Shown: positions 42,173 through 57,111 of the stretch, piece after piece
Position numbering within the stretch: position 1 is the first letter of the stretch
How the letters are laid out: the number at the start of each line of letters is the position of its first letter
Source of the DNA: Octopus vulgaris
Lineage: Eukaryota
DNA length: 64,000 nucleotides
Assembly: GCA_951406725.2 (NCBI GenBank)
Contig: OX597828.1
Coordinates: 12,090,001-12,154,000 of the forward strand
Reading direction: 5' to 3'
The notes under the pieces: model-generated
Seen by the model: only the letters and a program-made list of their open reading frames with translations
Database searches by the model: none
What the model was told of the DNA's origin: nothing
Made by a program: the position numbers and the translations under genes

Positions 42173-42856
42173 TAGAGAGAGATATATACATACATACATA
42201 CATACATACATACATACATACATACATACATACATACATACATACATACATACATACATACATACATAGAAAATCATATCTACAATTAGTATGGAAATTA
42301 ATTAATTTGTTAGGTACTAAAAAAAATGTGCGATGTCGTATAAATATCCAGTCAATAGAATCTATGCGTCTAAAGTACAAGTTGTAACTGATAGCGACTT
42401 ATATGTTAATCTTCTGAAATATGAAATTGAGAAAAGAAAGCTATTTTAATTGACATTATTTTATATAAAGTAAATTACGATGAACAGCAGGCGGTGTTGA
42501 TTACCAAAACATATGTGAGTAAAGGAATTTTCTGTATAGCTGGGTGTATGACACTGAGAGAGAATCTTTTGATTTTGGTTGAAGCAAGACAAAATAAAAA
42601 GGGTAGTTAATTTTGTAGGTAACGTATAAATATAATGAATACGACGCGAAGGGGTTGGATTTGAATTTATCGTCTCTCTTATAACTTCAAATACTGATCT
42701 TTTCGGTATATCCAGATATACAATAGCGTTGATATACATGTAAATTTTCTGATAATAATTCTCATTACGAAATTTGATCAATTATATTTTTAAATATATG
42801 AATATATGTATGCATACGTACATACATATGTATGTATGAGTATAAATAATTTGATA

Positions 42857-43067
42857 TACTCTTTTACTTGTTTCAGTCATTTGACTGCGGCCAATGCTGG
42901 AGCACCGCCTTTAATCGAGCAACTCGACCCCGGGACTTATTCTTTTGTAAGCCCAGTACTTATTCTATCGGTCTTTTTGCCGAACCGCTAAGTAACGGGG
43001 GACATAAACACACCAGCGTCGGTTGTCAAGCAATGCTAGGGGGACAAACACAGACACACAAACACAC

Positions 43068-43109
<42 letters not shown>

Positions 43110-43271
43110 GACAGGCTTCTTTCAGTTTCCGTCTACCAAATCCAATCACAAGGCATTGGTCGGCCCGGGGCTATAGCAGAAGACACTTGCCCAAGGTGCC
43201 ACGCAGTGGGACTGAACTCGGAACCATGTGGTTGGTTAGCAAGCTACTTACCAGGCAGCCGCTCCTGCGCC
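42857..43271 (-). mobile_element. family-B SINE, full length, with internal (TA)n
   Basis: GGCGCAGGAGCGGCTG head through the CAAGTAAAAGAGTA tail. Confidence 0.9.
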
Positions 43272-43349
43272 TGATATATACATGTATAAAACACACACAC
43301 ATATATATAGACATATATACATGTGTGTGTGTATATATATATATATGTA

Positions 43350-43648
43350 TCAATGGTATCTCACGTCGTTAGAGGACGTGTGAGAGTTCGGCAATTTCTT
43401 GCCGAACAATCACACAGATGATTTGTTCATTGCGATCAAACATTTGTGTTCACATAAGCTCACTCCCTCCATCAAATCGTCCTCACCTGTACATGTGCAC
43501 CATGTGCCACATGTCAGATGATGAAATGATCGTAGAGCAACGTGAAATTGAATGTCTTGCACAAGAACATATCAGAATGTCTGGGAATCGAACGTACGAA
43601 TTCGCAATCGTGAGTGCAATGCCCTTACCACTAATCCATGTGTCATCT
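43350..43648 (-). mobile_element. tRNA-derived SINE of another family
   Basis: A-box TGGATTAGTGG, B-box GTTCGATTCC, and a CORE-like TTCTTGTGCAAGACA block. Confidence 0.65.
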
Positions 43649-44165
43649 AAGGCTGAGAGAACAGAGGGCAGTATCTGTTATGGGTAGGGCTGAGGGAGCA
43701 GACAGACATCATAGTTGGTATAGTCATAAAAATCAAGATTTATTAGAAGCAATATCATGAGGTTTGGTAAAGGAAATCTTAAAACAAGATGTTAGCTGAT
43801 AATTAAGGGGTCTCTCACAAGCAGACCATTGACAATGAAGCAAGGGAGGTTTTATCATGTTTGTATTTGTAATTGTGTAACATTTCTCCGATTTTTCCGT
43901 TCTTGTTTTCATATACATTCACTTGCTTTCTTCCAAAGAATCTAGTGCTCTTAGCTTAGATTTTCTTGGGCCCTGTCAGATTAGACCGGTCTCGAGATTA
44001 ACAGGCCGAAACTGCAAAGACGATCTGCTTCTCGACTGATAATTGAAAGCTCCGAATGACCCGTCCTTGCTTTTTCCTCTCCTTTTTTGTATCATCTAAC
44101 TGTCCGAATGTTTTGTTGTCGCCTGTTACGTTCTTGTTCCGTTTTGTGTTTTGATTTTAAACACA

Positions 44166-44203
<38 letters not shown>

Positions 44204-44221
44204 TACATATATGTATGTATG

Positions 44222-44300
<79 letters not shown>

Positions 44301-44616
44301 CAAATAAGAAAAAGGAAGAAACAAATTTAGTTTATTCATCAACTTACGGATATTATAATGTTGGATTATTTATTCATTTTACAAACAAGAACATTAAAAG
44401 CTTACAAATTATTTTATATAAATCAATAGATAAGATAATAATACAAATATAGATCTTAAAAGTCATATTATAAATTATTGAAATCCAGAAATTACTTCTT
44501 ACAGCTGTTTCAGCCTATGTTGGATCGCATTTTCATTGCCTATAGATGTCAACAGTATATTGGATAAATGATATCCCATAGAGGGTTACACCCATAACCC
44601 GTATCTTACTTTGTAC

Positions 44617-44661
<45 letters not shown>

Positions 44662-45005
44662 TTAGAGATAAAACCACTATTAGGCAAATGAAACAGTGAA
44701 AAACATAAACCAAAACATAGAAATAAAATTAATTAATATAATATACAAAATATATAAAATATAAAATTCAAAATTTAAATTATTTAAATTTAAAATTAAA
44801 ATTAAAATTTTTTTTTAATTATTAATTTATACTTATAAATTTATATATATATATTATAGTTCATTTTTATTTTTGTTTTTTATTTATTTAATTATATATT
44901 TATTTAAATTTTTTTGTAATTATATTAAATATATATAACTATCAAAAAGTTTCAATAAGTTTAATATAAGATAAAAGTAAAATCACAAATATATATATAT
45001 ATATA

Positions 45006-45068
<63 letters not shown>

Positions 45069-45167
45069 GTGTAGGAAGACAGTTTGTGCCATTTATTCCA
45101 TGGGCTCGTCGTGAGCGTTTTGTCAAAAAGCTTGCTGTGCATTTTGTTGGAGAATTAAGTTCCTGGA

Positions 45168-45251
45168 TTTTCCTGAAGAGAAGGCTGCAAAATGGACTCC
45201 TTATTCAATCCGAATTAGGGACTTTGCAGCCTTTGAAACATATATAGAAAA
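45168..45251 (+). ncRNA. type-I hammerhead ribozyme with a 12-bp stem II
   Basis: UUUUC-CUGAAGA-GAAGGCUGCAAA...UUUGCAGCCUUU-GAAA-CAUAUA-UA-GAAAA. Confidence 0.8.
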
Positions 45252-45555
45252 TAATAAAAAGGAATTTTGTTAAATCTTCGTTCAGCTCCATTTCTTCCTA
45301 CACTAAATATATAAAACTTCAAATTTCCGCACTAAGGCACGGATTTTAGGCCCCATGGTCGTAACCTCAACCGTACCTTTTCTGTTGTGATTTTTGCTAC
45401 CCAGGTATCGGTTATCATTTGAATTATCCGTAATAAGATAATTCATTTATCTACTTCAATATATATATATATATACTTGCACACACAGATAAGCATACAC
45501 AAACTTCAATATACGTATATATATATGTATGTGTGTGGGGGGGGGGTTGCGTATG

Positions 45556-45934
45556 AGGCGCAATAGCCCAGTGGTTAGGGCAGCAGACTCACGGTCTTAG
45601 GATTGCGGTTTCGATTTCCAGACTGGTCCTTGTGAGTGTTTATCGTGCGAAAACACTTAAAGCCTCGCGAGGCTCCGGCAGGGGATGGTGGTGAATCCTG
45701 CTGTACTCTTTCACCACGACTTCTTCTCACTCTTTCTTCCTGTTTTTGTTGTACCTGTATTTCAAAGGGGCCAGCTTTGTCACACTCTGTGTCATGCTGA
45801 ATCTCCCCGAAAACTACGTTAAGGGTACACGTGTCTGTGGAGTGCTCAGCTACTTGCACGTTAATTTCACGATCAGGCTGTTCCGTTGATTGGAGGAGCT
45901 GGAATACCCTCGTCGTAACCGACGGAGTGCCGCA

Positions 45935-45935
<1 letters not shown>
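45556..45935 (+). mobile_element. tRNA-derived SINE (family C)
   Basis: GGCGCAATAGCCCAGTGGTTAGGGC head, GTTTCGATTTCC B-box, and a 3' hairpin CCCTCGTCGTAACCGACGGAG. Confidence 0.75.
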
Positions 45936-46008
<73 letters not shown>

Positions 46009-46899
46009 CCACAAAAATAGCCAGGTGTCTATCACTCGCGAATGAGATTGAGTTGTCCCGCCTGTGTATGACCTTCAGGTGTTTTAACACTTAGTATTAT
46101 GAGGGACACATGTGTCCAAAGCGCTCTACAGCAGCGAAACGTCGACCACGCCAACCCCATGTATGGAGCATGTGCGCTCGCTAATGTTTACAATATTAGC
46201 ACTATTTTAATTTCTAAGTGAATATATGTGTGCGCGTGCGAGTGCGTTTGGTTTTATGAGTGTGACACCTTAGGCAAGTGTTTTCTACTATAGCCTCGGG
46301 CAAACGATGCTTGTGTGTTTATGTCCCCATAACTTAGCGGTTCGGCAAGAGACACTGATAGAATAAGTACTAGGCTTACAAAGAATAAGTCCTGGGGTTG
46401 ATTTGTTCGACTAAAGGCGGTGCTCCAGCATGGCCGTAGTCAAATGACTGAAACAAATAAAAGAGTAGAATAATATATACCACACATATGTATGTATGTA
46501 TGTATTATGCCTGTCTGTGTGTCAAAACACCATATATTAGCATAATTGTGTCTATACATCGTTATTGAAAGCAAATATTTTTTATGTGCCGACTTAGTGG
46601 AAACATTAAACATAGCGCATAAATATGATGTATAAAATTAAATTATTCATACACATTTCGTTAATCAACTTATTAAAACGTCATTAAATTTCTGATTGAA
46701 ACTAGATTTATCACAAATTGCTTCTCACTCTCTGATTCAACTTATTATTTATTTACATATTAAATTATTATTCCAGATCATATAATTTTTAAAGCTTCTT
46801 TTCCCAACTTCTGTCTCTGTTCTTATCTCTACTCACCCATTTCTATATTTCTGATTTCTTTTAATCCGATTTAACTTTAAAATAATTTATATAAAATAA

Positions 46900-47240
46900 A
46901 TTACACGAACGTATATAAACAGGAGGTACAAATATTACCCACACACCCACTAACTAAACATAGACACACATAGAGGTATACGCATGCGCAAATAAAGACA
47001 CATACAATAGGAATACAAAATGCAAAATGGCTGACCGTTAGTAAGGAGAGACACAAATAAGAAAGAAGAAAGCAAAGGACCACTGATGAGGTCACAGAAG
47101 TGTGACGAAAGAACTCTGGCCGAAATAAGATTAAGATTAATGTGAAAAATAAATAACGCTGAAGCAAAATAACACCAAATATATAGTGCGCGTGTTTTTA
47201 TTGGCTACGCTGGCAAAATGACCATTCCTAAATACAACAA
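46900..47240 (+). mobile_element. solo PLE 3' end (pseudo-LTR) related to 21980-22315, with an intact-core HHR at 47077-47121
   Basis: Colinear similarity to the PLE end. HHR reads GGACCA-CUGAUGA-G-GUCACA-GAAG-UGUGAC-GAAA-GAAC-UC-UGGCC. Confidence 0.85.
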
Positions 47241-47329
47241 CTAACATTTATTTTAATACACTTTCAAAAACTTTCTTTTAACTTTGTACATTTACCTCTA
47301 TATATTTACAAACATAAACAAGTACACTG

Positions 47330-47637
47330 AAGCCTAGTACTTATTCTATCGGTATCTTCTGTCGAACCGCTAGGCTACGGAAACGTAAACACACCAGCAT
47401 CGGTTGTCAAGCGATGCTGGGGCGGGACAAACACAGACACACAAACATATACACACACATATGTATACATATATACGACGGGCTTCTTTCAGTTTCCGTC
47501 TACCAAATCCACTCACAAGGCTTTGGTCGGCCCGAGGCTATAGTAGAAGACACTTGCCCAAGGTGCCACGCAGTGGGACTGAACCCAGAACCATGTGGTT
47601 GGTAAGCAAGCTAATTACTACACAGCCACTCCTGCGA
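47330..47637 (-). mobile_element. family-B SINE, 3'-truncated
   Basis: Same head and CORE-like block as 42857-43271. Confidence 0.85.
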
Positions 47638-48833
47638 CTATGCACTGTTCAATAAAGTTTTTTTAAATTTAATTTGACTTAGTTTTTTTCTGTTTTTGGT
47701 CAGTAAGTATTACTTCTTATTGGCTTCTATCTAAAAGTCAAAGGAAATTAACACTCTTCCCTTCAAACTTTGCTTTCGTGACCTGACCTTCAATACTTTG
47801 AAACTGACCTATTTTCCATTTATATTTCAGACATATTCAGTGCTGTGTTGCTGAAGCAGAAATACTGTTATAGTAAATATTCTGCTCACTAACACAGGGC
47901 AGACTTGAGCATGTCTCTTGGTGGCTGCTAATATGTGCATCTCTGATCATGAGCAAGTGTAATGGGGGAACATCATAGCCATCTGTTGAGAGATTCTTTG
48001 AGGCTTGAAGGTAATATTGGCCAGTTTTCATACTTTCTATGAGTAACCAAATAGGAATTAACAGTTGCTACCCAAGAACAAAATTCGTGTTGTACAGTGT
48101 GATCATTGGGTTCAATGTGAATCTTTAATCAGAGAGGCTGCAGTTTTCGAATCAAGTCTCCATGAATTCCCTCCTGCTCGCTGAGGTCAGCTAACATCTA
48201 CATATAATGATTATTCCAGATCATATAATCTTTAAAACGTCTTTTTCCAACTTCTGCCTCCGTTCTTATCTCAACTCATCCTCTTATAATTTTTCTCCTT
48301 TGTTCCAAATGTTATTGCGTCCACTTTGTAAAAGTTTTCATAGTGAAATTTCACCAATGTACTTTGAGCTGATATTTATGTATTACATATCAATGGTGTT
48401 GTTTATATTTATCCCAGGACAGGCTTTTCTCTAAATTGTTTCCAATTACAACTGCTTGTTTCTTTAATGCACATTATTGATATGGCATCACACATCATTT
48501 TACATACTTCTTCACACAAAAATTAAGATATTATTAAAAATATATAAATTCCCATGAGCTTTTGAAAAAATCGCTTTTTATGTATCTGTTATCTTTTAAA
48601 TTTTACTTGCTTCAGTTATTAGGCAACGGCCATGCTAGGGCACGGCTTTGAAGAATCTTGAGACGAATGAATCGGCTGCTGTACTTTGTACTTATTTATT
48701 TATTTATGTATTTATTATCAAGCCACATATTTATATTATCGATAATTTTTGACGAACCGCTAAGTTACGGGGACTTAAAAACATCAACACCGGTTGCAAA
48801 AACAGCAGTGGTGTACAAACACAGACACAGACA

Positions 48834-48879
<46 letters not shown>

Positions 48880-48930
48880 AAAGACGAAGGCAGGTGGAAA
48901 ACAAACAAACATATATATATATATATATAT

Positions 48931-48982
<52 letters not shown>

Positions 48983-48983
48983 G

Positions 48984-49126
<143 letters not shown>

Positions 49127-49130
49127 TATA

Positions 49131-50211
<1,081 letters not shown>

Positions 50212-51140
50212 GATGATCTTTCGGTTTCCATTTATCATATCTAACAACAAGGCTTTGGTTGGAACGTGGCAATAGTAGAAGAGACCTGCCTGAGAAGCCG
50301 CATAGTGGGACTGAAGCCAGAACCAGATTTTGTATCACATGCCCACTCATTCGCCTATATGCGCATTAAATTTTAACACAAATATGTCAGTATTGGCATT
50401 TGTAATGAATAACGTTATCTGAAGATCTACTTTTTAGTTCTGGTGTTAATTACTGCACACATTTTACTATGTATATGATTTCTCTTGCTGGGTTAACAAA
50501 CTTAAGAGTATTTTAAAGTATTTTAGTTCAAGTTGTACTCGTTATATTTGTATTTGTATAAATTTCCATAAACATAATTAATTATTGGTTTCTCGAAGCC
50601 AATATTCGTAGATTAACTATTTTGGTTTCACTCATTTCTCTAGAACCAAATTTTAAGTACATACTAGTCTTTCCAAATGACGTCACCTGCTGTTAGTACT
50701 CATGTAATGTACTTAAAATATGCTCAATGGAAGCAAAATTACTTTGTATTTACATACAGTTTCAGATTAATTTTAATGTATCTTTTTTCCATTATGCTAC
50801 TTATAACAAACATATATAGATATCAGGCGGCAGATATTGTTGATTTGTTATGAAAACAAATCCAAGTTGGCACCGAAACATCGCTGCTTCATTGGTTGAA
50901 ACAGGCCACGTGAGTGAAAGACAAGACAGTAATTCACATCTACATTATTATTCAGAGACATACACAGACGAATATATCTTTATTTCGGATACACCATTAT
51001 GCTTCACTTAATTATGAACATCAATATTTAACCTGAAATTTTGCCATATAAAATTTCACAGTACTCAAGTATCGGTTGTAAATGCGACTAGTTCCCAATT
51101 CAAGGTCATAGAACAAGACTATGACTGAGAGCGTTAAGTT

Positions 51141-51436
51141 TAAAGTGATAGTATGTTGTCAACTTAATGTGACAGTCCCATGAAAGGGAAGAATGCTACT
51201 GCTATTTAGCTCCAGGAAACACCGTTTCCTGTTGGACGTGATACATTTTTCTGTGTCTTTATGTCTCTGAATGCTGTCTTTGCTGGGTGGAGGTGCTTAT
51301 CTTCATTTTGAATACATAAGGACACAGGAAATGTGTCAAGTCCACCAGGAAACGGTAATTCCTAGGGCTAAATAACAGTAGCATTCTTCCCTTTCATGGG
51401 ACTGTCACATTAAGTTGACAACATACTACCACTTTA
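51141..51436. mobile_element. MITE-like hairpin with about 125-bp inverted arms
   Basis: TAAAGTGATAGTATGTTGTCAACTTAATGTGACAGTCCCATGAAAGGGAAGAATGCTACTG recurs as its reverse complement ending at 51436. Confidence 0.85.
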
Positions 51437-51681
51437 TCGCATTATTTCTATTTTCAGCTTTGGGTTTGTAATTCTTTATATGAACCAAGACGAAACTTTT
51501 TCGTTTCACGTATTTATGAAATGATAAAGCAGTTTTTCCTTTGTACAGAGCTGACAGAAGCTATCGGGGAGCCAATGTATTCTTTTGATTTTGTCACAAG
51601 GGCTGCTTCTTCCGATGTCTTTCGAACCATATGTATTTTGAAACTGATGTGGTATTTCATTTATTTCTGGATCTAAAGGTT

Positions 51682-52085
51682 TGCTATTCTCTAGAAAAAC
51701 GACGACGCCGTGGTTATCTCATTCTTGCTCACAACATCATAAGCGGAAAGTGTAATCTCTCGAAAGAGGTATTCTTCACTCCTGCTCCAGAGCGTCGGCT
51801 GCGTGTAGGGTCACTCCGAAAAGCTCTATCTGCGACGATTTCATCCCAATCGAAGGAGAGGGGCTTTCTCCGTCCGGGTTGCGGATCCGTGAAATAAGCT
51901 GCCGGACGAGATGGTGAAGATGCCGACGACCGCTCGGTTCAAAGTCTCCCTTGACCACAAATGGCCTGAACTCTTTGCATGAACACCACCCTGTACATAA
52001 CTCCCTGTCCCCCCTACATGGCCTTGCTTTTTGCTTTTTGAGCCAAAAAATTAACTTAACCTAACTAACTTAACTTAACTTAACT
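51682..52085 (+). mobile_element. CR1 LINE 3' fragment
   Basis: YSLEKRRRRGYLI..; same 3' UTR as 53620-54200; (AACTT)n tail. Confidence 0.8.
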
Positions 52086-52674
52086 ATGCATATAAAGTTA
52101 TAATGTTTTCTTTATTCAGCCTATTGGTGTGTGACTATAGTGTGGAATCTACTGATTCTTCATCTCTGTGTATTTGCTTTTCTTTTATCTTTTTTTGTAA
52201 ATGTACGATCAGATGCGCCTTTGCAATTGCATTTGTGCAAGGTTGCTTGTGTGGTGTTTACAGAATTTTGGTTATGTCGTGGATGTTTATGATTCCTGTA
52301 AAATTATAGCAGGACTGAAATGGCTTTTTGATTGACAAATTTCGTGACATTGGTGTCACGTGGTAAACTTAATGCTTATCAGCGATAAAAATGATTAAGC
52401 AACATTTAAGAATACATCCAATATCCGAGGAGGATAATTCTAGATTAGTTTTTCAATTTCTACGTTTGGATTATTTAATGTGAATTTTATTTATCTCATT
52501 TTGTTGTTGAAGCAAGGATTCCACGATGACAATCAACAAACTGATTCAAATGAATAGCTATTTTGTTATTCAAGTCGATGTAATCGACTGTGCCATTCTC
52601 TAGAAATGCTGAAACCATTATGTTCTTTGTTGTTGGGATTATAAATACTACCTGTATGTAGAAAGTAAACAATA

Positions 52675-53246
52675 CAGGGGAGGGCAAAAGCTAGGTATAC
52701 ATTTGCTTAATACGAGTGGAATGTTCTATCAGTTTTCTATTTCTTTCTTTTTGTTTTGTTTTTGAAACCTCAGCAATTCATTAATCGACTAAGGGATCTA
52801 CTGGAGATGCCCAGTTCATTGGAAGCCCTCGTTTTTATTTCTGGTGACTTTGAGTGAATGCTTGAGCCACGTGTGTTTCATTCTCTCAAGTGGTAACACT
52901 GACCACTTGACCACTTTTGTGTGCATTACAGATGGACTCAGTCTGCTCAAAATTGTCACGTTTTCTGTAAATTGTTAATCCTGACGGATCTGGTCTTCGA
53001 AATTATTCTTCAGTTCTTTTCTGTCTAACCGCTTCTGCTTTCTCTGTTTTGCAGTACTCCTTCAAGATCCACTTTCGTTCACTGTTGGTCAAAGTTCCAA
53101 CCATGTAAAAGATATTTGAAATTAGGAATAATTATTTTATTATAGAAGGGATTATAAGTTAAAAAAGAAAATGAAATCGGATCATTCTTATAAAAAAGAA
53201 ATAGAGAAATATTAAGCAACTGCATACCTCATTTTTCTCACTCTTG
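52675..53246 (-). mobile_element. decayed Tc1/mariner-superfamily element with an N-terminal HTH (DUF4817-like) remnant
   Basis: From ATG 53104: MVGTLTNSERKWILKEYCKTEKAEAVRQK..LTIYRKRDNFEQTESICNAHKSG..ASNELGISSRSLSRLM, with stops. Degenerate TIRs. Confidence 0.65.
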
Positions 53247-53619
53247 TATATCAATTTACGTTTCTGTTCCGTGCAGGTTACTTTGCTTCTATATTTTCTT
53301 CCGTTCAATGTTTCCCTGGCTGTTGATCCATATATCTGCTATTGTATATACACTCGCCCTCAAATTTACAGATATATCTACAATACTCCAACACACTACT
53401 ACGGTACTAAACTGCTTGGTTACCATCGGGAGATTATTAGCTGTAACTTTGCTCTTTCAAGGGAAATCTGGGGCTAAACAGCAACTACGGCAGCATTCTA
53501 AAACTACTACCATTCCCAGTCCGTCCAGATGAATATTAAAAAAAGAAAAATACTAATATGCACGAAACTCCAGCCAACCAATAACGTCATTAGCTCCGAA
53601 CACTGGGATGGATTGCACG

Positions 53620-54200
53620 CTATTCGGAATGCTCACAGCAGCTATATTCCTACCGCTCTATGTAACGCTGGTGAGACCCATATTGGAGTACGGGATTCAA
53701 GCCTCTTCTCCTTATCTCCTCAAAGACATACATCATCCCGAAAGAGTCCACAAGCTGGCTACCCGCATGGCTCTTGGTCTCAAGCATTTATCTTATGAAG
53801 AAAGGCTGAAGATGCTCGAACTTTATTCTCTCGAAAAACGACGACGCCATGGTGATCTCATTCTCACTCACAACACCATAAGCGGAAAGTGTAACCTCTT
53901 GAATGAGCTGTTCTTCACTCCTGCTCCAGAGCGTGGGCTGCGGGGTCACTCCGAAAACTCTATCTGCGACGATTTCATCTCAATCGAAGGAGAAGGGCTT
54001 TCTCCGTCCGGGTTGCGGATCCGTGGAATAAGCTGCCGGACGAGATAGTGAAGATGCCGACGACCGCTTTGTTCAAAGTCTGTCTTGATCAGAAATGGCC
54101 TGAACCCTCTGTATGACCGCCCTCCCTGTACATAACTCCCTGTCCCCCACATGGCCTTGCTTTTGCTTTTTGAGCCAATAAAAATTGAATTGAATTGAAT
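53620..54200 (+). mobile_element. CR1 LINE 3' fragment
   Basis: LYVTLVRPILEYG..LSYEERLKMLELYSLEKRRRHGDLI..RGHS..; (AATTG)n tail. Confidence 0.88.
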
Positions 54201-54814
54201 ATGCAGAGTATCAGCATCGGCCACGTTCATCCGAATGGACTACACCAGTCCCCGCTGTGGTTGCTCTGAAATCCTACTGCACCCAAAATTTAAATGAACG
54301 AAGGAAAAATAATACAGTATCCAACGCTGCTTTGCTGTATTCCATTCACAAAACTTCTGCACGTTATGGTATATTGCATGATATTCCAGATGAGAGCATC
54401 GAAGTTTACCTGATTTATCAGGATATGTCGTCCAGCATGTGTCATTTAAGTAAAGTTACGATTAAAGTGTTCTAGAGTCACGCTGGACCGAAACCTAGAT
54501 TAATGAGAACTTGGACGAAGTGATGAAGGGTATGGTCAATCTCACAAAGAAATAAAATGAAAAGTAGCTATCATTTGAAAAGTGCCTTCCATAGTTATTG
54601 GGACGAGGTGATGACCTGTTTGGTCAATCTCAATGTGAAACTACCCGAGAGAAAACTATCTTAGAAAGCAGGGTCGGGTGAAATTTGCGAATACCTATAT
54701 CACCTTTGTGGAGAAAAGATCTCTTTCTTTATTGTTGAAGTGTCAATCATCGGTTAGCATGATTTAATCTGAAATAGCATCTGCGACCATTGGCTAAAGC
54801 TTTGAACTAATTAA

Positions 54815-55852
54815 TTCAGCTGACTTGATCTGAAGAATAGCACAACGGGAACAGAAATTTACGCTCATTTCATTTATCATGCACTAGATAAAAATTGTAA
54901 GGAGTTTTAATATGACACAATTAGCAGTGAAAGGGTATTGTTGATTATAAACGAGAATATAATATCCGTCTGCCAAAATTCAGAAAGCCCTTTTAATTGG
55001 TTAGTCCATTTCACACAATGATGAGCATACGTCTGTAGAAAGTGGGACCACCTCTCAGCAGACATTGTGTCTCGCTATGGTTCTAAATATAAAATTATAT
55101 TTTCATCGGCTGAGACAAGAAGGTCGTATGATTTACTTAATCTGGTGATTGTATGTATGTGTGTGCGAGTGTGTGTATACATATATGTATACATATATAC
55201 ATATATATATATATATAATTCATAACTAAGGGCAAACGAAAAAATTTCTAATGCCAAATATGCCGAAAAATTGGACATATTGTCCATTAACCATATAATT
55301 TTTTCACAACATGCACGCTACTCGAAAAAAGGTCGACCGAAATTTCTAAAAAATTCCATTATTACCATATCGGACCGATTTCAGGGTTAGCTCAGTGATA
55401 AATGTGGCAAAAGAAATAAATGAGATACTTATTCATACCCATGGAAGAAGCAAACACTAAGTCATGAGCACAATTAAGTACCCCAATTACATCCAAAATA
55501 GAAATACTCCAGCCCATTCGAGACACATGCGATTTGAACTGAGGCCCTCACAGAGTGAGATAGTCCGGAAGTGAACGCTTAAATTTATATCTAAAATCGG
55601 TCCGATATGGTAATAATGGAATTTTTTAGAAATTTCGGTCGACCTTTTTTCGAGTAGCGTGCATATTGTAAAACAAATTATATTGTTAATGGACAATATG
55701 TCCACTTTTTCGGCATATTTGGCATTAGAAATTTTTTCGTTTGCACTGATTTATGAATTGTTTATAAATTTAACATTTAAAGGTATTTTTTAATATGCTG
55801 GCCATTGATAAAAAATTTTTTTTCGAAAAAACTTTTATCCTATACTAGACAT

Positions 55853-55885
<33 letters not shown>

Positions 55886-56068
55886 CGTAGGTGGAGGAGT
55901 GGGTGTGTGGTAAGTAGCTTGCTTACCAACCACGTGGTTCCGTGTTCAGTCACACTGCGTATCAACTTGGGCAGGTATCTTCTACTATAGCCTCTGGCCG
56001 ACTAAAGCCTTGTGAGTAGATTGGGTAGACGGAAACTGAAAGAAGCCCGTCGTATATATGTATGTATG

Positions 56069-56127
<59 letters not shown>

Positions 56128-56721
56128 TGTATGTGTATATGTTTGTGTGTCTGTGTTTGTCCCCCCAACATCGCTTGACAACCGATGCTGGTATGTTAAC
56201 GTCCCCGTAACTTAGCGGTTCGGCAAAAGAGACCAATAGACTAAGTACTAGGCTTACAACGAATAAGTCCTGGCGCTCCAGGCGGTGTTCCAGCATGGCC
56301 ACAGTCACATGACTGAAACAAGTAAAAGAGTAAAAGAATAAAAGAGTATATGTATGCATGTATGTGTACACACACTCGCACACACATACAAACAATCAGC
56401 AGATTAAGTAAATCTTACGATTTACTGGACTCAGCCGATGAAAATATATTCAGACGCATAGCGAGATACAATGACTGCTGAGAGGTGGTCCCACTTTCTA
56501 CAGACGAATGCACATCATTGGGTGAAAAGGACTAACCAATTAAAAGGGCTTTCTGAATATAGGCAGACGGATATAGTATTCTCGTTTAAAATCAACAATA
56601 CCCTTTCACTGCTAATTGTGTCACATTAATACTCCTTAAACTTTTTATCTAGCGTATGATAAATGAAATGAGCGTAAATTTCTGTTCCCGTTGTGCTATT
56701 CTTCAGATCAAGTCAGCTGAA
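54815..56721. repeat. nested inverted repeat (fold-back) of about 1.9 kb
   Basis: Outer arms 54815-55200 and 56346-56721; inner arms 55217-55384 and 55591-55759. Confidence 0.9.
55890..56346 (+). mobile_element. family-B SINE, full length
   Basis: Head, CORE-like block, internal (TA)n(TG)n, and (GTAAAAGA)-type tail. Confidence 0.9.
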
Positions 56722-56747
56722 ATATATATATCTATATGTATACATAT

Positions 56748-56815
<68 letters not shown>

Positions 56816-56919
56816 TTATATATATATATATATACATATACATGTGTGTATATATAACTACATATGCGAAAATATATTTTATATATATACACATATATTC
56901 ACATGCATACACATGCGTA

Positions 56920-56970
<51 letters not shown>

Positions 56971-57058
56971 AATGAATGCATTCATTCATTATATATATAT
57001 TATATAAGTTATATACATATCTATGATTAATATATATTATATATGATATGTGTGTGTA

Positions 57059-57111
<53 letters not shown>

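Noticed and set aside
54828-54865. CTGAAGA...GAAA within the fold-back arm
   Set aside because: The intervening sequence cannot form stem II.
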